From NCBI GenBank assembly GCA_028344155.1, contig JAOMAI010000002.1, positions 4,751 through 68,750 on the forward strand: a DNA stretch of 64,000 nucleotides. Reading direction: 5' to 3'. A program made the translations under genes and the position numbers. Below, piece after piece: positions 22,116 through 32,356 of this stretch; within the stretch, counting starts at the first letter, position 1, and every line of letters starts with the position of its first letter. The notes beneath the pieces are model-generated. The model saw only the letters and a list, made by a program, of their open reading frames with translations, was not told the origin of the DNA and did no database searches. This DNA is from Candidatus Nitrosopelagicus sp. GTDB taxonomy: Archaea > Thermoproteota > Nitrososphaeria > Nitrososphaerales > Nitrosopumilaceae.

Positions 22116-23390
22116 TTAAGGCCAGATGCCTTTGTGTTCAAATGCTTCCATGACTCTTTGTACTGCAAGAACCATTGCTGCACGTCTCATGTCAATTTTG
22201 TACTTTTTAGAAATATCATAACTATCTTTTAGACCTCTTACAATATTTGCTTCCATTTTTCCTGCAACTTCATCAAAGCTCCAGTAATATCCCATGTTAT
22301 TTTGAACCCATTCTAGATATGATATACAAACACCGCCAGAGTTTGCAAGAATGTCAGGAATAACCATAATTTTTTTCTTGTAAATAATTGGATCTGCTTC
22401 AGGTAGTGTTGGTCCATTTGCAGCTTCACCTATTATTTTACACTGTAGTTTGTTTGCAAGTTTAGCGTCAATTTGGTTTTCTAATGCTCCCGGAATTAGA
22501 ATTTCACATTTTGTCGTCAATAGTTGTTCAGTAGAGACTTTTTTACTTCCCGGGAAACCCACTACACTTCCTTTCTTCTTCTTATGTTCAATTAATTTAC
22601 TAACTTTAAATCCATTTGGAACAATTATTGATCCTTTAGAATCACTTGCACCAATACATTTTGCACCCATCTTTTCAAGATATTCACCTGCAAAAGTAGA
22701 TGCGTTTCCAAATCCCTGTAAAACAACTTTAGCACCTTTAAGATTGATTTTTAATATTTTGGCAGCGCCTCGGACACAATATGCAGTGCCTAATCCAGTT
22801 GCAACATTTCTTGCAAGTGAGCCACCCATTGGAATTGGTTTTCCAGTAATTACACCAGGAGAGTATTTGTTACCATTCATCTTGCTCCAAGTATCCATTA
22901 TCTGTGTCATTTCTTTTCCAGTTGTGTAAACATCAGGTGCAGGAATATCTTTTTGAGGTCCTATTATTTCACCGATTTTATATGCAAATCCTCGAGTTAA
23001 TCGCTCTAATTCTCCGTCACTAAGTTTGTCTTTTTTTGGATTGACAAAAATTGCACCTTTACCGCCGCCAAGTGGCACATCAACTACAGCACATTTCCAG
23101 GTCATCCAAGATGACAAAGCCATAACTTCGCGCTCCATATATTGTACACCACCTTCAGGATCAAAATATCTAATTCCACCTTTGTATGGACCACGGTCGT
23201 TGTTATGTTGTGATCTAAATCCAGTGAAGACACGTATTTTTCCATTATCCATTTTTACAGGAATTTTAACACGGAGAACTTTATTTGGCATTGCAAGATA
23301 TTCGCGTATACCTTTATCTTTAATTTTTAAAACGTCACAAGCGTCATTGACTTGCTTTGTTGCATTAGCAAAAGGATCATGTTTTACCAA
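22116..23390 (-). CDS. gdhA: Glutamate dehydrogenase
   Basis: GPYKGGIR, GGGKG, DIPAPDV, QGFGN, EAANGP. Confidence 0.95.
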   Translation of the reverse strand: MVKHDPFANATKQVNDACDVLKIKDKGIREYLAMPNKVLRVKIPVKMDNGKIRVFTGFRSQHNNDRGPYKGGIRYFDPEGGVQYMEREVMALSSWMTWKCAVVDVPLGGGKGAIFVNPKKDKLSDGELERLTRGFAYKIGEIIGPQKDIPAPDVYTTGKEMTQIMDTWSKMNGNKYSPGVITGKPIPMGGSLARNVATGLGTAYCVRGAAKILKINLKGAKVVLQGFGNASTFAGEYLEKMGAKCIGASDSKGSIIVPNGFKVSKLIEHKKKKGSVVGFPGSKKVSTEQLLTTKCEILIPGALENQIDAKLANKLQCKIIGEAANGPTLPEADPIIYKKKIMVIPDILANSGGVCISYLEWVQNNMGYYWSFDEVAGKMEANIVRGLKDSYDISKKYKIDMRRAAMVLAVQRVMEAFEHKGIWP

Positions 23391-23476
23391 GATGAATATT
23401 GTGTAATTTCAAATTATACTTAAAAGTATCTTTCAGAAATATCAAATTTTTTATCATCTAATGTATTAGATAGTTT

Positions 23477-24355
23477 ATGAAGATGTTAGTTACCGGAGCA
23501 GGAGGTTTCATAGGCTCCAGACTATCAAAGCAATTGATTTCAGAAGGCCATGATGTTTACGGGGTATTTCATGAATCTTCATGTCAGATAGATGGAATTC
23601 AAGTTATTAATGCAGATTTAAGAGAAGATGATTTTGATATTCCAGATGTTGAATTTGATGTTGTTTTTCATCTAGCGGCTGCCACCCCACTAGTTAAAGA
23701 CAAAAAGAAACAAAAAAGAATCAATTATGATGGAACTGTAAATTTATTTAATAAAATTAAAGATAAGACAGATTTCATAATTTATGCATCAGGATTAGGA
23801 GTATTTGGTAATCCAAATGGCATAATTGATGAACAAAGCCCTATCAAACCAGATACAGATTTTGTCAAGATAAGATTAGATGCACAAAAATTTCTTGAGG
23901 ATTCATGTAAGGAAAATAGTATTGGGTTTTCAGTGTGTTATTTTGGCGATGTATATGGTGACGGTAGTTGGTTTACAGAGATGGTAGTTAAGAAATTAAA
24001 GAGTGGAATGATGAAGACTCCTGGAAAAGGTGATTACGACAAATGCTTCATACATGTTGATGATGCAGTGGGAATTTTAGTATCCATTGCAAAAAATAAT
24101 TTAAAGGATCAGTCCTATGTATGTGCAGATTCAACCTCAGTTACATTCAAAGAATTTGTAGATTATACAGCAGATAAAATTGGAACAAAACATCCTGGAG
24201 GAGTTCCAATGTTTCTTGCAAAAGGAGTATTGGGAGGAGACTTGGTAAAATTATTAACAACTCCTATGAAAATTTCAAACAAAAAAGTTTCAGAGATTTA
24301 CAGTTTTGTTTACCCTTCATACAAAGAAGGGATCAATTCAATTCTTGATTCATAG
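23477..24355 (+). CDS. NAD-dependent epimerase/dehydratase family protein
   Basis: VTGAGGFIG, VFHLAA, IHVDDA; YxxxK motif not evident. Confidence 0.8.
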   Translation: MKMLVTGAGGFIGSRLSKQLISEGHDVYGVFHESSCQIDGIQVINADLREDDFDIPDVEFDVVFHLAAATPLVKDKKKQKRINYDGTVNLFNKIKDKTDFIIYASGLGVFGNPNGIIDEQSPIKPDTDFVKIRLDAQKFLEDSCKENSIGFSVCYFGDVYGDGSWFTEMVVKKLKSGMMKTPGKGDYDKCFIHVDDAVGILVSIAKNNLKDQSYVCADSTSVTFKEFVDYTADKIGTKHPGGVPMFLAKGVLGGDLVKLLTTPMKISNKKVSEIYSFVYPSYKEGINSILDS

Positions 24356-24416
24356 ATTAGTATCAGTGCCTAAAAGAACTAACCCTTAAATTGACTCAGT
24401 AACTAAGTTTTTCATT

Positions 24417-25142
24417 ATGATGCCAAATCGTGGTTACGACATGACACCAACTATGTATTCACCTGATGGAAGAATCTATCAAGTAGAATATGCATTAGAG
24501 ACGGTCAAACGTGGTACACTGGCAATAGGAATCATGACAAAAGACGGCATAGTTTTGGCGGTTGAAGAAAAGACAAGAGCATTACAAGTAGAAGGAATTA
24601 CCCAGAAAATTTTTCAGGTTGATGATCATATAGGAGTTGCAGCTGCAGGTTATATCCCTGATGCAAGAGTTCAAGTAGACAATGCAAGATATTTTTCTCA
24701 AAGTAACAAATTAACTTATGATGAACCAGTAGACATTGAAACAGTTGCAAAACATCTAGCAGATCAAAATCATCAGTTTACACAATATTCAGGGGTAAGA
24801 CCATTTGGTGTCGCATTAATTATTGCAGGAATAGACAGAAAAGGCGTAAACGTTTACGTAATTGATCCTAGTGGAACTTACAATTCCTATTCTGCAATAG
24901 CAATAGGAACTGGCTCAGACGAAGTAAATGAATTTCTTGAAAAGAACTACAAAGAAGGACTAACAATTGACGAGGCTGCATCACTAGCAATCGCTGCAAT
25001 CAATCTAAAAAGCGAAGAAAAATCCGGTGTCGAACACATAAAGATGTCAAAGATACTATCAGAGGGAAAAATGATAGAAAAAATTTCTACTGAAGATTTA
25101 AAGAAATTTGACGAGGCTGCAAAAGGCAAATTCGTTAAATAA
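24417..25142 (+). CDS. psmA: Proteasome alpha subunit
   Basis: GYD...YSPDGRIYQVEYA, RPFGVAL. Confidence 0.97.
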   Translation: MMPNRGYDMTPTMYSPDGRIYQVEYALETVKRGTLAIGIMTKDGIVLAVEEKTRALQVEGITQKIFQVDDHIGVAAAGYIPDARVQVDNARYFSQSNKLTYDEPVDIETVAKHLADQNHQFTQYSGVRPFGVALIIAGIDRKGVNVYVIDPSGTYNSYSAIAIGTGSDEVNEFLEKNYKEGLTIDEAASLAIAAINLKSEEKSGVEHIKMSKILSEGKMIEKISTEDLKKFDEAAKGKFVK

Positions 25143-25193
25143 AATAGAATTTCTCACGAATTGAATTATTAGAGTAAGGATTTTGATGCAAAT

Positions 25194-25883
25194 ATGGGTT
25201 TAGGAAGCTATTGGGGAGAAGTAATAGACGTACTTCGCGAGATTATACCGGTTTATGACAAAGTAAATTCATTCATCTCATTAGGAAAAGATGTAGAACA
25301 TAGAAACAGAGCAATTAAAGGCAGAGTAAAGAAAGGAGACAAAATTTTGGATGCAGGTTCAGGGTTTGGAAACATGTCAAAAACTGCAGCAAAGATTGTA
25401 GACAATGATTTGAAGATTATTCTTTATGATCCACTTGTTCCAATGCTAAAAAATACTGATAGATTGTTTAATGAAAAAATGGATTCAGCTTGTGGCGTGT
25501 TTGAGCATGTTCCATTTCAAGATAAAGAATTTGACGCAGTGTTATCAGGATATTCATTACGTGATGCAATTAGTTTGAAAACTGCAATTTCGGAAATGCA
25601 TCGAGTTCTAAAAGAAGATGGCAAATGGGTGATAGTTGATTTGGGAAAACCAGATGAGCCGTTTTTTAGATTTGGCGTAACATTTTATCTTAGAATGATT
25701 TTACCAATAATAGCACTGATAGCAGGAGGAAGACTTGGATTGAAATTTGGTACACTGTATGGAACATACAAGCTTTGGCCACAAAATAAAAAATTAGAAT
25801 CCATGTTGCTTGAGAAATTTTCAAGAGTGGAATTTGAAAAAGATCTTATGGGCGGAGCTATTATGGTTGCTGCGTACAAATGA
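25194..25883 (+). CDS. SAM-dependent methyltransferase (UbiE/MenG-like)
   Basis: ILDAGSGFG, EMHRVLK. Confidence 0.8.
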   Translation: MGLGSYWGEVIDVLREIIPVYDKVNSFISLGKDVEHRNRAIKGRVKKGDKILDAGSGFGNMSKTAAKIVDNDLKIILYDPLVPMLKNTDRLFNEKMDSACGVFEHVPFQDKEFDAVLSGYSLRDAISLKTAISEMHRVLKEDGKWVIVDLGKPDEPFFRFGVTFYLRMILPIIALIAGGRLGLKFGTLYGTYKLWPQNKKLESMLLEKFSRVEFEKDLMGGAIMVAAYK

Positions 25884-27037
25884 ATAATAGACTAATTCTA
25901 GTTTACATAACCGGCATTTTAATTGGAATTTCATACGGACTCCAGGGTCCATTGTTGCCTGTGTTTGCAAAAAATGTAATCGGTGCATCATATGCCGATC
26001 TTGGAGCCATAGGTTTTGCCAATTTCATTCCATACATGTTCTTTCCATTATTTGTCGGGATTTTACTAAATCGCTTCAACAATGCACATCTGCTTTCACT
26101 GGGAATTGGAATAAATTCAGTGTCAGTATACTTACTTTCAATTTCACAGTCAGTTCCAGAAATCATGGGATATAGAGTACTTACAGGAATCGCCCATGCA
26201 TTCTTCTGGCCACCATGCGAAGCAATTATTTCAAATGTAAGCAAGGGAAAAACTCGCGTCAGAAACATTGCAACGTTTACAGGATTCTTTACAACGGGAT
26301 TCATGATAGGACCGCTAATCGGATCAGTTGTCTTAGAAAACTTTGATGAAAATTATAGATTCATCTTTGAAATCGCAACTTACGTGCTAGTGGCATCAAT
26401 TGTTTCGGCAATTGGACTTTCAAGAAACAGGCCAATTGTGAACCATGAAAAGTTTTCATTTTCGTCAATCAAGGAAATAATAAAATTTCCACACGTCATC
26501 ATGATGCTAATTTACTGTACCGCATCATTTGGGATAATTCTGAGCATTTATCCGGCGTTTCTCAACGACAGGGCCATGACTCCGGTCAACATTGAAATTT
26601 TATTTTTCATTTTCGGACTGTCCAGAATTATAACGCTCATTATGGCAAGCAAGCTTGCTAAAAATACAAGTCTAACATTAATTTTGGCAACATTTTCCAT
26701 AGCGGCAGGACTGGGATTGTCATTCTTTGTAGAAAGCATAGTTGAATTTGCAATTGCATTAACGCTGATGGGATTTGGATTCAGTATCTTCTTCCCACTG
26801 ACACTGGAAATTGTTTTGAGCAAAACAAGAAAGGAAATTTCAGGTACAATGATTGGAGCTTATGAAACCATATTTGGCATAGGATGGGCCAGCGGACCGC
26901 TAATTGCAGGTGTGATATCCTACTTCTTTGGAAATGAAACGCCATATTTGATATTCTTTGCAATAGGAATTGGCGTAGCGATACTTTCAATATCAAAAAG
27001 AAAACTCCTTGAGCCTAGCAGGAATACAAATCTTTAA
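25880..27037 (+). CDS. MFS transporter
   Basis: Multiple TM helices; RVLTGIA, IGPLIG, SGPLIAG. Confidence 0.85.
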   Translation: MNNRLILVYITGILIGISYGLQGPLLPVFAKNVIGASYADLGAIGFANFIPYMFFPLFVGILLNRFNNAHLLSLGIGINSVSVYLLSISQSVPEIMGYRVLTGIAHAFFWPPCEAIISNVSKGKTRVRNIATFTGFFTTGFMIGPLIGSVVLENFDENYRFIFEIATYVLVASIVSAIGLSRNRPIVNHEKFSFSSIKEIIKFPHVIMMLIYCTASFGIILSIYPAFLNDRAMTPVNIEILFFIFGLSRIITLIMASKLAKNTSLTLILATFSIAAGLGLSFFVESIVEFAIALTLMGFGFSIFFPLTLEIVLSKTRKEISGTMIGAYETIFGIGWASGPLIAGVISYFFGNETPYLIFFAIGIGVAILSISKRKLLEPSRNTNL

Positions 27038-27061
27038 TTTTAAAACAGAATAACGACAAGC

Positions 27062-27430
27062 ATGGAATATTTCCTAAACATAATGGGAAGCGAATGGATG
27101 ATAATCATTTTTGTTGCACTGATTTTGCTGTTCGGTACTAACAAACTTCCAGAAGCAGGAAAAAAAATTGGAAAGATGGTAGGGGAATACAACAAGGCGA
27201 AAACAGAAATGCAGAATCAAATTAACGACATGGCGAAAACAGGAACGGAAAATCCGGTAATTGACGGACCAGTGCAAACAGAGAGACAAAAATTGGAAAA
27301 AATGGCACAATCGCTTGGAATTAATGCAGAAAACAAATCAGATTTAGAACTAAAGCAAACAATTGATTCTAGATTTGGAACATCAGAGACGGATGCAAAG
27401 AACCTAAAAGATAGCAAATTCAAGAACTAG
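27062..27430 (+). CDS. tatA: Twin-arginine translocase TatA/E
   Basis: EWMIIIFVALILLFGTNKLPE and amphipathic helix. Confidence 0.9.
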   Translation: MEYFLNIMGSEWMIIIFVALILLFGTNKLPEAGKKIGKMVGEYNKAKTEMQNQINDMAKTGTENPVIDGPVQTERQKLEKMAQSLGINAENKSDLELKQTIDSRFGTSETDAKNLKDSKFKN

Positions 27431-27441
27431 CATTATCAGAA

Positions 27442-27699
27442 ATGAAAAAAACAAAGTTTGAGACAATGACATCAAGGGAGAAAATTCTTTGGCTTTTAGA
27501 GTCAGATGACGAGTATGGCGGCCCGCAGTCAGTAAACGATATTTGTAAAAACCTGAACATTCCAAACACCAACGTTCGCTCTCTTGTAATCAGGATGATG
27601 AAGACAGGAAAGATTGAAAGAATATCAAAGGGAGTTTACAAGATTGCAAACGACAGTAGAGAATATGTTTCAAGCAAGCCCGAAATGAAGTTAGAGTGA
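27442..27699 (+). CDS. Small winged-helix DNA-binding protein
   Basis: SVNDICKNLNIPNTNVRSLVIRM...GKIERISKGVY wHTH pattern. Confidence 0.7.
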   Translation: MKKTKFETMTSREKILWLLESDDEYGGPQSVNDICKNLNIPNTNVRSLVIRMMKTGKIERISKGVYKIANDSREYVSSKPEMKLE

Positions 27700-27700
27700 G

Positions 27701-29017
27701 TTATTTTTTTCTGTAAAAGACTTCCTTCCGCATCTTTATTCCCTTTGAAATGATTTTTGCATGATCAAGCACGTCAATGATTGCATCAACTGCATACGGA
27801 TCGTCTGAAATATTTTTTGGAACTGCGCTGACTGCCTTTTCCAAATCAAATGTTTTTGGAAGCCCTGCAACAATTTTTCCAAGCAGTGAAGTTTTTTTCT
27901 TTGGATTTCCCAGCTTCATTATGTACGGCTCTTCTGCAGAGCCAATTACGCTTGCAAGATAGTCGCCTGCCTTGTTTTTATAATAGATTTGAGTTGTATC
28001 GGTTCCGTTTTGCTTGTCTGTTGATATTTTTTGAAACTGCATTTTGAATCCCCTTGGAATGCTTTCCGCGATGTCAAGATGCGCATCCTGCTTTCTTCCA
28101 GACTGCTCGCCGTTGTGCCACCTGACCGGAAAGTAAAGTGGAATGATAAAGTTTGAAAGCATTGGCTTTTCCTTCAAGCGCTTTTTTGAAAGCGAAACGT
28201 ACTCCTTTCTTAAGTCAACTCCAACGTACTTGCGCCCAAGGCTTTTTGCAACCTTTGTGGTCTGGCCGCTGCCGCACATTGGATCAAGGACGACGTCCCC
28301 CTTCTCCGTGTAAAGACTGATGAGCCTCCATGGAATCTGCTCCGGAAACGGAGCGGGATGCTTTACCGCGTTTGGCGGAACCGGAGTAATGTCCCAGATT
28401 GAGTTTGCAACCTGCCTTTTCATTGCGCGGTTTATCGGAACCTTTGGCTCGGTTTCCTTGTCAAGCCTTCTTCCGTCCTTTCCCTTTTGCAAAATTATAA
28501 TCTGCTCGTGCATTATGTTTGCGCGGTACCTTGTTGGAACTGGAATTTTTATGAACTGTCCGAAACGGTTTCCAGCTCCGCTTCTGCCTGCAGTAACCTT
28601 GTTCCATATGATCATGTCGCGAAGGTACCATCCGTTCTCCTCGTCGTCGGGATTAAGCAGGCGTGATGCAAGCATGCTTGGAAGCGGAATTAAATTTTTT
28701 TCAAAAAGCTCGTCTGCAATTACAATGCAGCAGTAACCGCCAGGAACTGTAACCTTGTTAACCTGTGAAAATATTTCCTCCATGTCTGACAGATACTGTT
28801 CCAATGTTCCCTCCTCGTTTCCTCGAAATGACTTGTTTTTGCCAGACCTTGCATTCTTTACGTGCTGCGAATAGTTGATTGCGTTTCTGTACGGAGGAGA
28901 TGTTACTGTAAGTGCAACGCTGTTTGGAGCAATGTGCTTTGAGAGCTTTTTGCTGTCTGCACAAATAATGCCGTTGACTGTAAATTTTTTCTTCAATGCG
29001 TTTTGTGTAACTTGCAA
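27701..29017 (-). CDS. Beta-class N4-C/N6-A DNA methyltransferase with C-terminal extension
   Basis: Motif IV VTSPPY precedes HPAPFP and motif I VLDPMCGSGQT. Confidence 0.9.
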   Translation of the reverse strand: MQVTQNALKKKFTVNGIICADSKKLSKHIAPNSVALTVTSPPYRNAINYSQHVKNARSGKNKSFRGNEEGTLEQYLSDMEEIFSQVNKVTVPGGYCCIVIADELFEKNLIPLPSMLASRLLNPDDEENGWYLRDMIIWNKVTAGRSGAGNRFGQFIKIPVPTRYRANIMHEQIIILQKGKDGRRLDKETEPKVPINRAMKRQVANSIWDITPVPPNAVKHPAPFPEQIPWRLISLYTEKGDVVLDPMCGSGQTTKVAKSLGRKYVGVDLRKEYVSLSKKRLKEKPMLSNFIIPLYFPVRWHNGEQSGRKQDAHLDIAESIPRGFKMQFQKISTDKQNGTDTTQIYYKNKAGDYLASVIGSAEEPYIMKLGNPKKKTSLLGKIVAGLPKTFDLEKAVSAVPKNISDDPYAVDAIIDVLDHAKIISKGIKMRKEVFYRKK

Positions 29018-29038
29018 AGCTATAAAGCTTTTTTCATA

Positions 29039-30382
29039 TCATTTTTCCAAAACTAACTCTGCAACTTCTGCAATCTTTCTTCCAAGCTGTGCTGGAACTG
29101 CCTCGCCAATTTGTGCCCTAACTTGTGAGCGGTTTCCCTCAAACATGTATTTGTCAGGAAACGTCTGCAGTCTGGCCCTCTCCCTGTTTGTCAGTACGCC
29201 TCTTTCCCTTTCATAATGGTAGCTCCATGTTCCACCTCCGCCATACGCCATTACGGTAAATGCCGGTCGAAGAGGATCAGTTCTTCGGTAGATATTACTC
29301 ATAGTTCCCTTGACATTCCACTGAGTTCCTGCAACGGCCAGATGATTACCTCCAGGATGTATTCGCTTCATTCTTTCAGATACGGAGCTTGCTTCGTTAG
29401 GAATTTCATTGCTGCTGTCCTGAAACGTTTTCTCATGTACGTTTTTGTCAAATCCAAGTTGCTTCAAAACTTTCTTATGCTCTTCAAATGCTTCTTTTAA
29501 TTCAGATTCGTCAGAATCCTTTATTCCGTTTACAAAAAGATAGTCCTTTACCACGTCCATTGTCAAATTGTCCCAGACATTTTTCTTCCACTGCATTGAA
29601 TCGGCAGTGTTTGTTTCCTTTTCCACTCCTCTGTATTCCTCCATTACTTCTGCATATTTTTCTGCAAGCTCCGGAACAGTCTTTCCCTCAAGTGCCTCCA
29701 TTGCGCATATTGGATACTTACTTACAAGCGAGTTGGAGCCCGTGAGGATTTTTTGTGCATCCTCCACTATGCTGTCTGGCAAACTTGATGCAACATCGTT
29801 TCTCGCTCCGATGATTATCAGCCTGCGCCTTGCCTGAGGTACGCCAACCTTTGTTGCATTCACAGTATCGTTAAACAGAATCTGGTATCCCTGTTCCTTA
29901 AAGTCAGAAACAATTGTTCCGTATGCAAGCCCGTCGTTTGCAGACTTTAATCCTGGAACGTTTTCAAATGCAAAAAACTTTGGCTCCGCGCTTTCTATGG
30001 CACGAATGTACTGCAGATACAGCTTGCCGCGGTGTACCTCCTCCTTTTTTTTCACATGAGATGCAGAATTTATTCCAATTCGGTTTCCGCCTCTTGCAAT
30101 TGAAAAGTCCTGGCATGGAGGACCGCCAATCATGCAGTCCACCTTTCCAATAGGCTCAAAATTGATGTTTGTAACGTCACCAACAACATATGCAGGTAAT
30201 TTGCTGTTCTTGGTGAAGCTCTTGGCTTCTACCTTTGTATGGGAATAATTTTTCGAGTAGGAATCTGCAGGAGCATCAAGCACGTCGTTTGCAAATACTA
30301 GACTGAAGTTTTCATTCTCGTAAAATGCAGTATCAAGCCCGCCTGCTCCGCTGAACAGCGTTGCCATCTTGTACTCTGCCAT
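29039..30382 (-). CDS. DNA (cytosine-5)-methyltransferase
   Basis: LFSGAGG, GGPPCQDFS, FENVPG, PQARRR, RERARLQTFP, QIGEAVP. Confidence 0.95.
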   Translation of the reverse strand: MAEYKMATLFSGAGGLDTAFYENENFSLVFANDVLDAPADSYSKNYSHTKVEAKSFTKNSKLPAYVVGDVTNINFEPIGKVDCMIGGPPCQDFSIARGGNRIGINSASHVKKKEEVHRGKLYLQYIRAIESAEPKFFAFENVPGLKSANDGLAYGTIVSDFKEQGYQILFNDTVNATKVGVPQARRRLIIIGARNDVASSLPDSIVEDAQKILTGSNSLVSKYPICAMEALEGKTVPELAEKYAEVMEEYRGVEKETNTADSMQWKKNVWDNLTMDVVKDYLFVNGIKDSDESELKEAFEEHKKVLKQLGFDKNVHEKTFQDSSNEIPNEASSVSERMKRIHPGGNHLAVAGTQWNVKGTMSNIYRRTDPLRPAFTVMAYGGGGTWSYHYERERGVLTNRERARLQTFPDKYMFEGNRSQVRAQIGEAVPAQLGRKIAEVAELVLEK

Positions 30383-30442
30383 GAATTACTGTGGAAAACT
30401 GCAGAATATGGGTATTGCTTGGAAGAAGAGCTGATCGTTTGT

Positions 30443-31549
30443 CTAAAGCGCGTCTGCAATTTCCTGCATTAGTTCCTTGCTTGGATGAAAAAGTTTTTTC
30501 TGCTTGAGATATCTTCTGGCTTCAAGATAGTTTCCGTTTCTAAGCTTTGGAAATGCTCCGGATGGAGATATCGAGTAGCACCAGATGTCTCCTTCTTCAA
30601 AGTCCCAGTTTCCCAGACGGCTTGTTACGCTGACAGGCGTTTCGCATACAAGCATGTACCTCTTGGAACCGGCCACTGGGTTTCCACTCTCGTCTTTCTT
30701 TGGCTTTTTCAAATACATCTTGACCTTTCCAGCATACTCAACCTTTCCAAATATGCCAAACAGAGAATACTCTTTGCCGTTTGAATATACCACAGGATTG
30801 GGAAAGTTTTTGCCAATAGCAACTTCATCATAGTCGCTCATGTCGCCAGCCTCAAATTTTTTCTTGAAAGTTTTTGTTCCGTCCTGCGTAAATATTTCAG
30901 GGTCAACAAGAACCGTGTCTTCGGGAAAAAACATTCCCTGCTTTATTTCGTCAATGGAGTGAATGAACTTGATTTCAACCTGCATGTCCGTAAAGTCATG
31001 GAATGAATCAAGGTGAGGATTGTCTGGTGCAAGATGCTTAAGATAGCTGCCAAGAAGCGATGATCTTCTGGAGTGAGTCTCATCCATTTTCGAGTCGACA
31101 ATTTCGCACCAAAAGTAGTACATCTTTTTTTCATCCTTTACTCCAAACTCGTTTTTGGAAATTGATTCAATCTCCTTTTCAGTCGGGCCGACCCAGTTAT
31201 GGTTGCTCTGCAGCTGCTTTATCTCTATGTACACTTTCGGGTCACGCTTCTTTTTGGTTTTCTTGTCAATAATCTTGTAAACGTCGGGCTCCGTCTTTCC
31301 CTTTGTTAGCGGGCGTATCTCAAGGTCCGGTGGAACCTCAATGTCCTGGCTTGAAAGCGCTTCAAGGTTCTTGCACACTGCTATCTCAATTATCTTTAGA
31401 AAAAACGAGTCAATGATTCCGCCAACTCCCCTTGCGCTTCCGACTCGCCTGTTGTGAACGGGCTTTGTTTCGTCAAGGTAGTACTTTAGGCTGAACTCCC
31501 AGCATCTGTCTAGGTCGTCTGCAGTTATCTTGTAGATGAATTCCGACAA
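30443..31549 (-). CDS. Putative PD-(D/E)XK restriction endonuclease
   Basis: EPDV...YIEIK motif; co-oriented directly upstream of two MTases. Confidence 0.55.
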   Translation of the reverse strand: MSEFIYKITADDLDRCWEFSLKYYLDETKPVHNRRVGSARGVGGIIDSFFLKIIEIAVCKNLEALSSQDIEVPPDLEIRPLTKGKTEPDVYKIIDKKTKKKRDPKVYIEIKQLQSNHNWVGPTEKEIESISKNEFGVKDEKKMYYFWCEIVDSKMDETHSRRSSLLGSYLKHLAPDNPHLDSFHDFTDMQVEIKFIHSIDEIKQGMFFPEDTVLVDPEIFTQDGTKTFKKKFEAGDMSDYDEVAIGKNFPNPVVYSNGKEYSLFGIFGKVEYAGKVKMYLKKPKKDESGNPVAGSKRYMLVCETPVSVTSRLGNWDFEEGDIWCYSISPSGAFPKLRNGNYLEARRYLKQKKLFHPSKELMQEIADAL

Positions 31550-31594
31550 TGCATACCTCTAGTGTTGCATATCATAAAAGTTCTTGGCAGATGC

Positions 31595-32356
31595 TCAAGG
31601 ATGCATTATGTCAAAGTGTTTAATTGGTTTAAGATTGTACTTGTCTATCAAATGCTTGAAGACTGAGAAACGTGGTCTAATCTCTTTTGTTTCCTCAAAT
31701 TTCTTATCTGAATTAACCTGAACTTTGAGTAGTTTTGGCAACGGAATATCATAGACGTCAAATTCACCATCCATAGTTCTAAAATCTAAAAAATAAAACT
31801 TTTGAAACTTTAATCCAACTGTCTTATCATAAGGATCAAAACTTGTCAGGTCTTCCTCGTTAGAATCACTTGAGCCAATTGTTGCTTTAACCTGTACCGT
31901 TAGATTATTTTTTGTATCATAGCAGTCAAATGAACTCGATGGATGAGCTCGTCCCAAAAGCATCGCAAGATTTTTGTTCTGCTTGGACTTCAAATCGCTA
32001 ATTTTGTCTTTGCCGTAGTATTGTTTTGCTAGTTTCTTCTTTTTTTTAGTAATTTTTTTGCCTTCAACAGAATAAGGATTAAGAGGTGGTATGTGGAACG
32101 CAACGAGACGTGGACATTTCATGAAATAAGCTAATGCTCCTTCAGATATTACTTCATTCAGATTAGGTTTTCTCGAAGAAAGTTTTAGAATTTCATTTTT
32201 CAGTGTAATCCAGGCCTTGAAAATTGTTTGCAGTTGTTTTAATTCAGCTTCTTTAAAGTGATGCAGTTCAGCATGAAAAGTCAAATTTCTTTTGCCAATT
32301 TTTTCAAGGTTCATCTTGATTTTAATTTCTTGTATTTTTTTAGCCAATTTTTTCAC
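31595..32356 (-). CDS. Bsp6I-family type II restriction endonuclease-like protein
   Basis: R.PN..E..SE, SFDCYD...VQVKA, DLTSF, YFLDF...DG, RPRFS pattern recalled from the Bsp6I family. Confidence 0.65.
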   Translation of the reverse strand: MKKLAKKIQEIKIKMNLEKIGKRNLTFHAELHHFKEAELKQLQTIFKAWITLKNEILKLSSRKPNLNEVISEGALAYFMKCPRLVAFHIPPLNPYSVEGKKITKKKKKLAKQYYGKDKISDLKSKQNKNLAMLLGRAHPSSSFDCYDTKNNLTVQVKATIGSSDSNEEDLTSFDPYDKTVGLKFQKFYFLDFRTMDGEFDVYDIPLPKLLKVQVNSDKKFEETKEIRPRFSVFKHLIDKYNLKPIKHFDIMHP

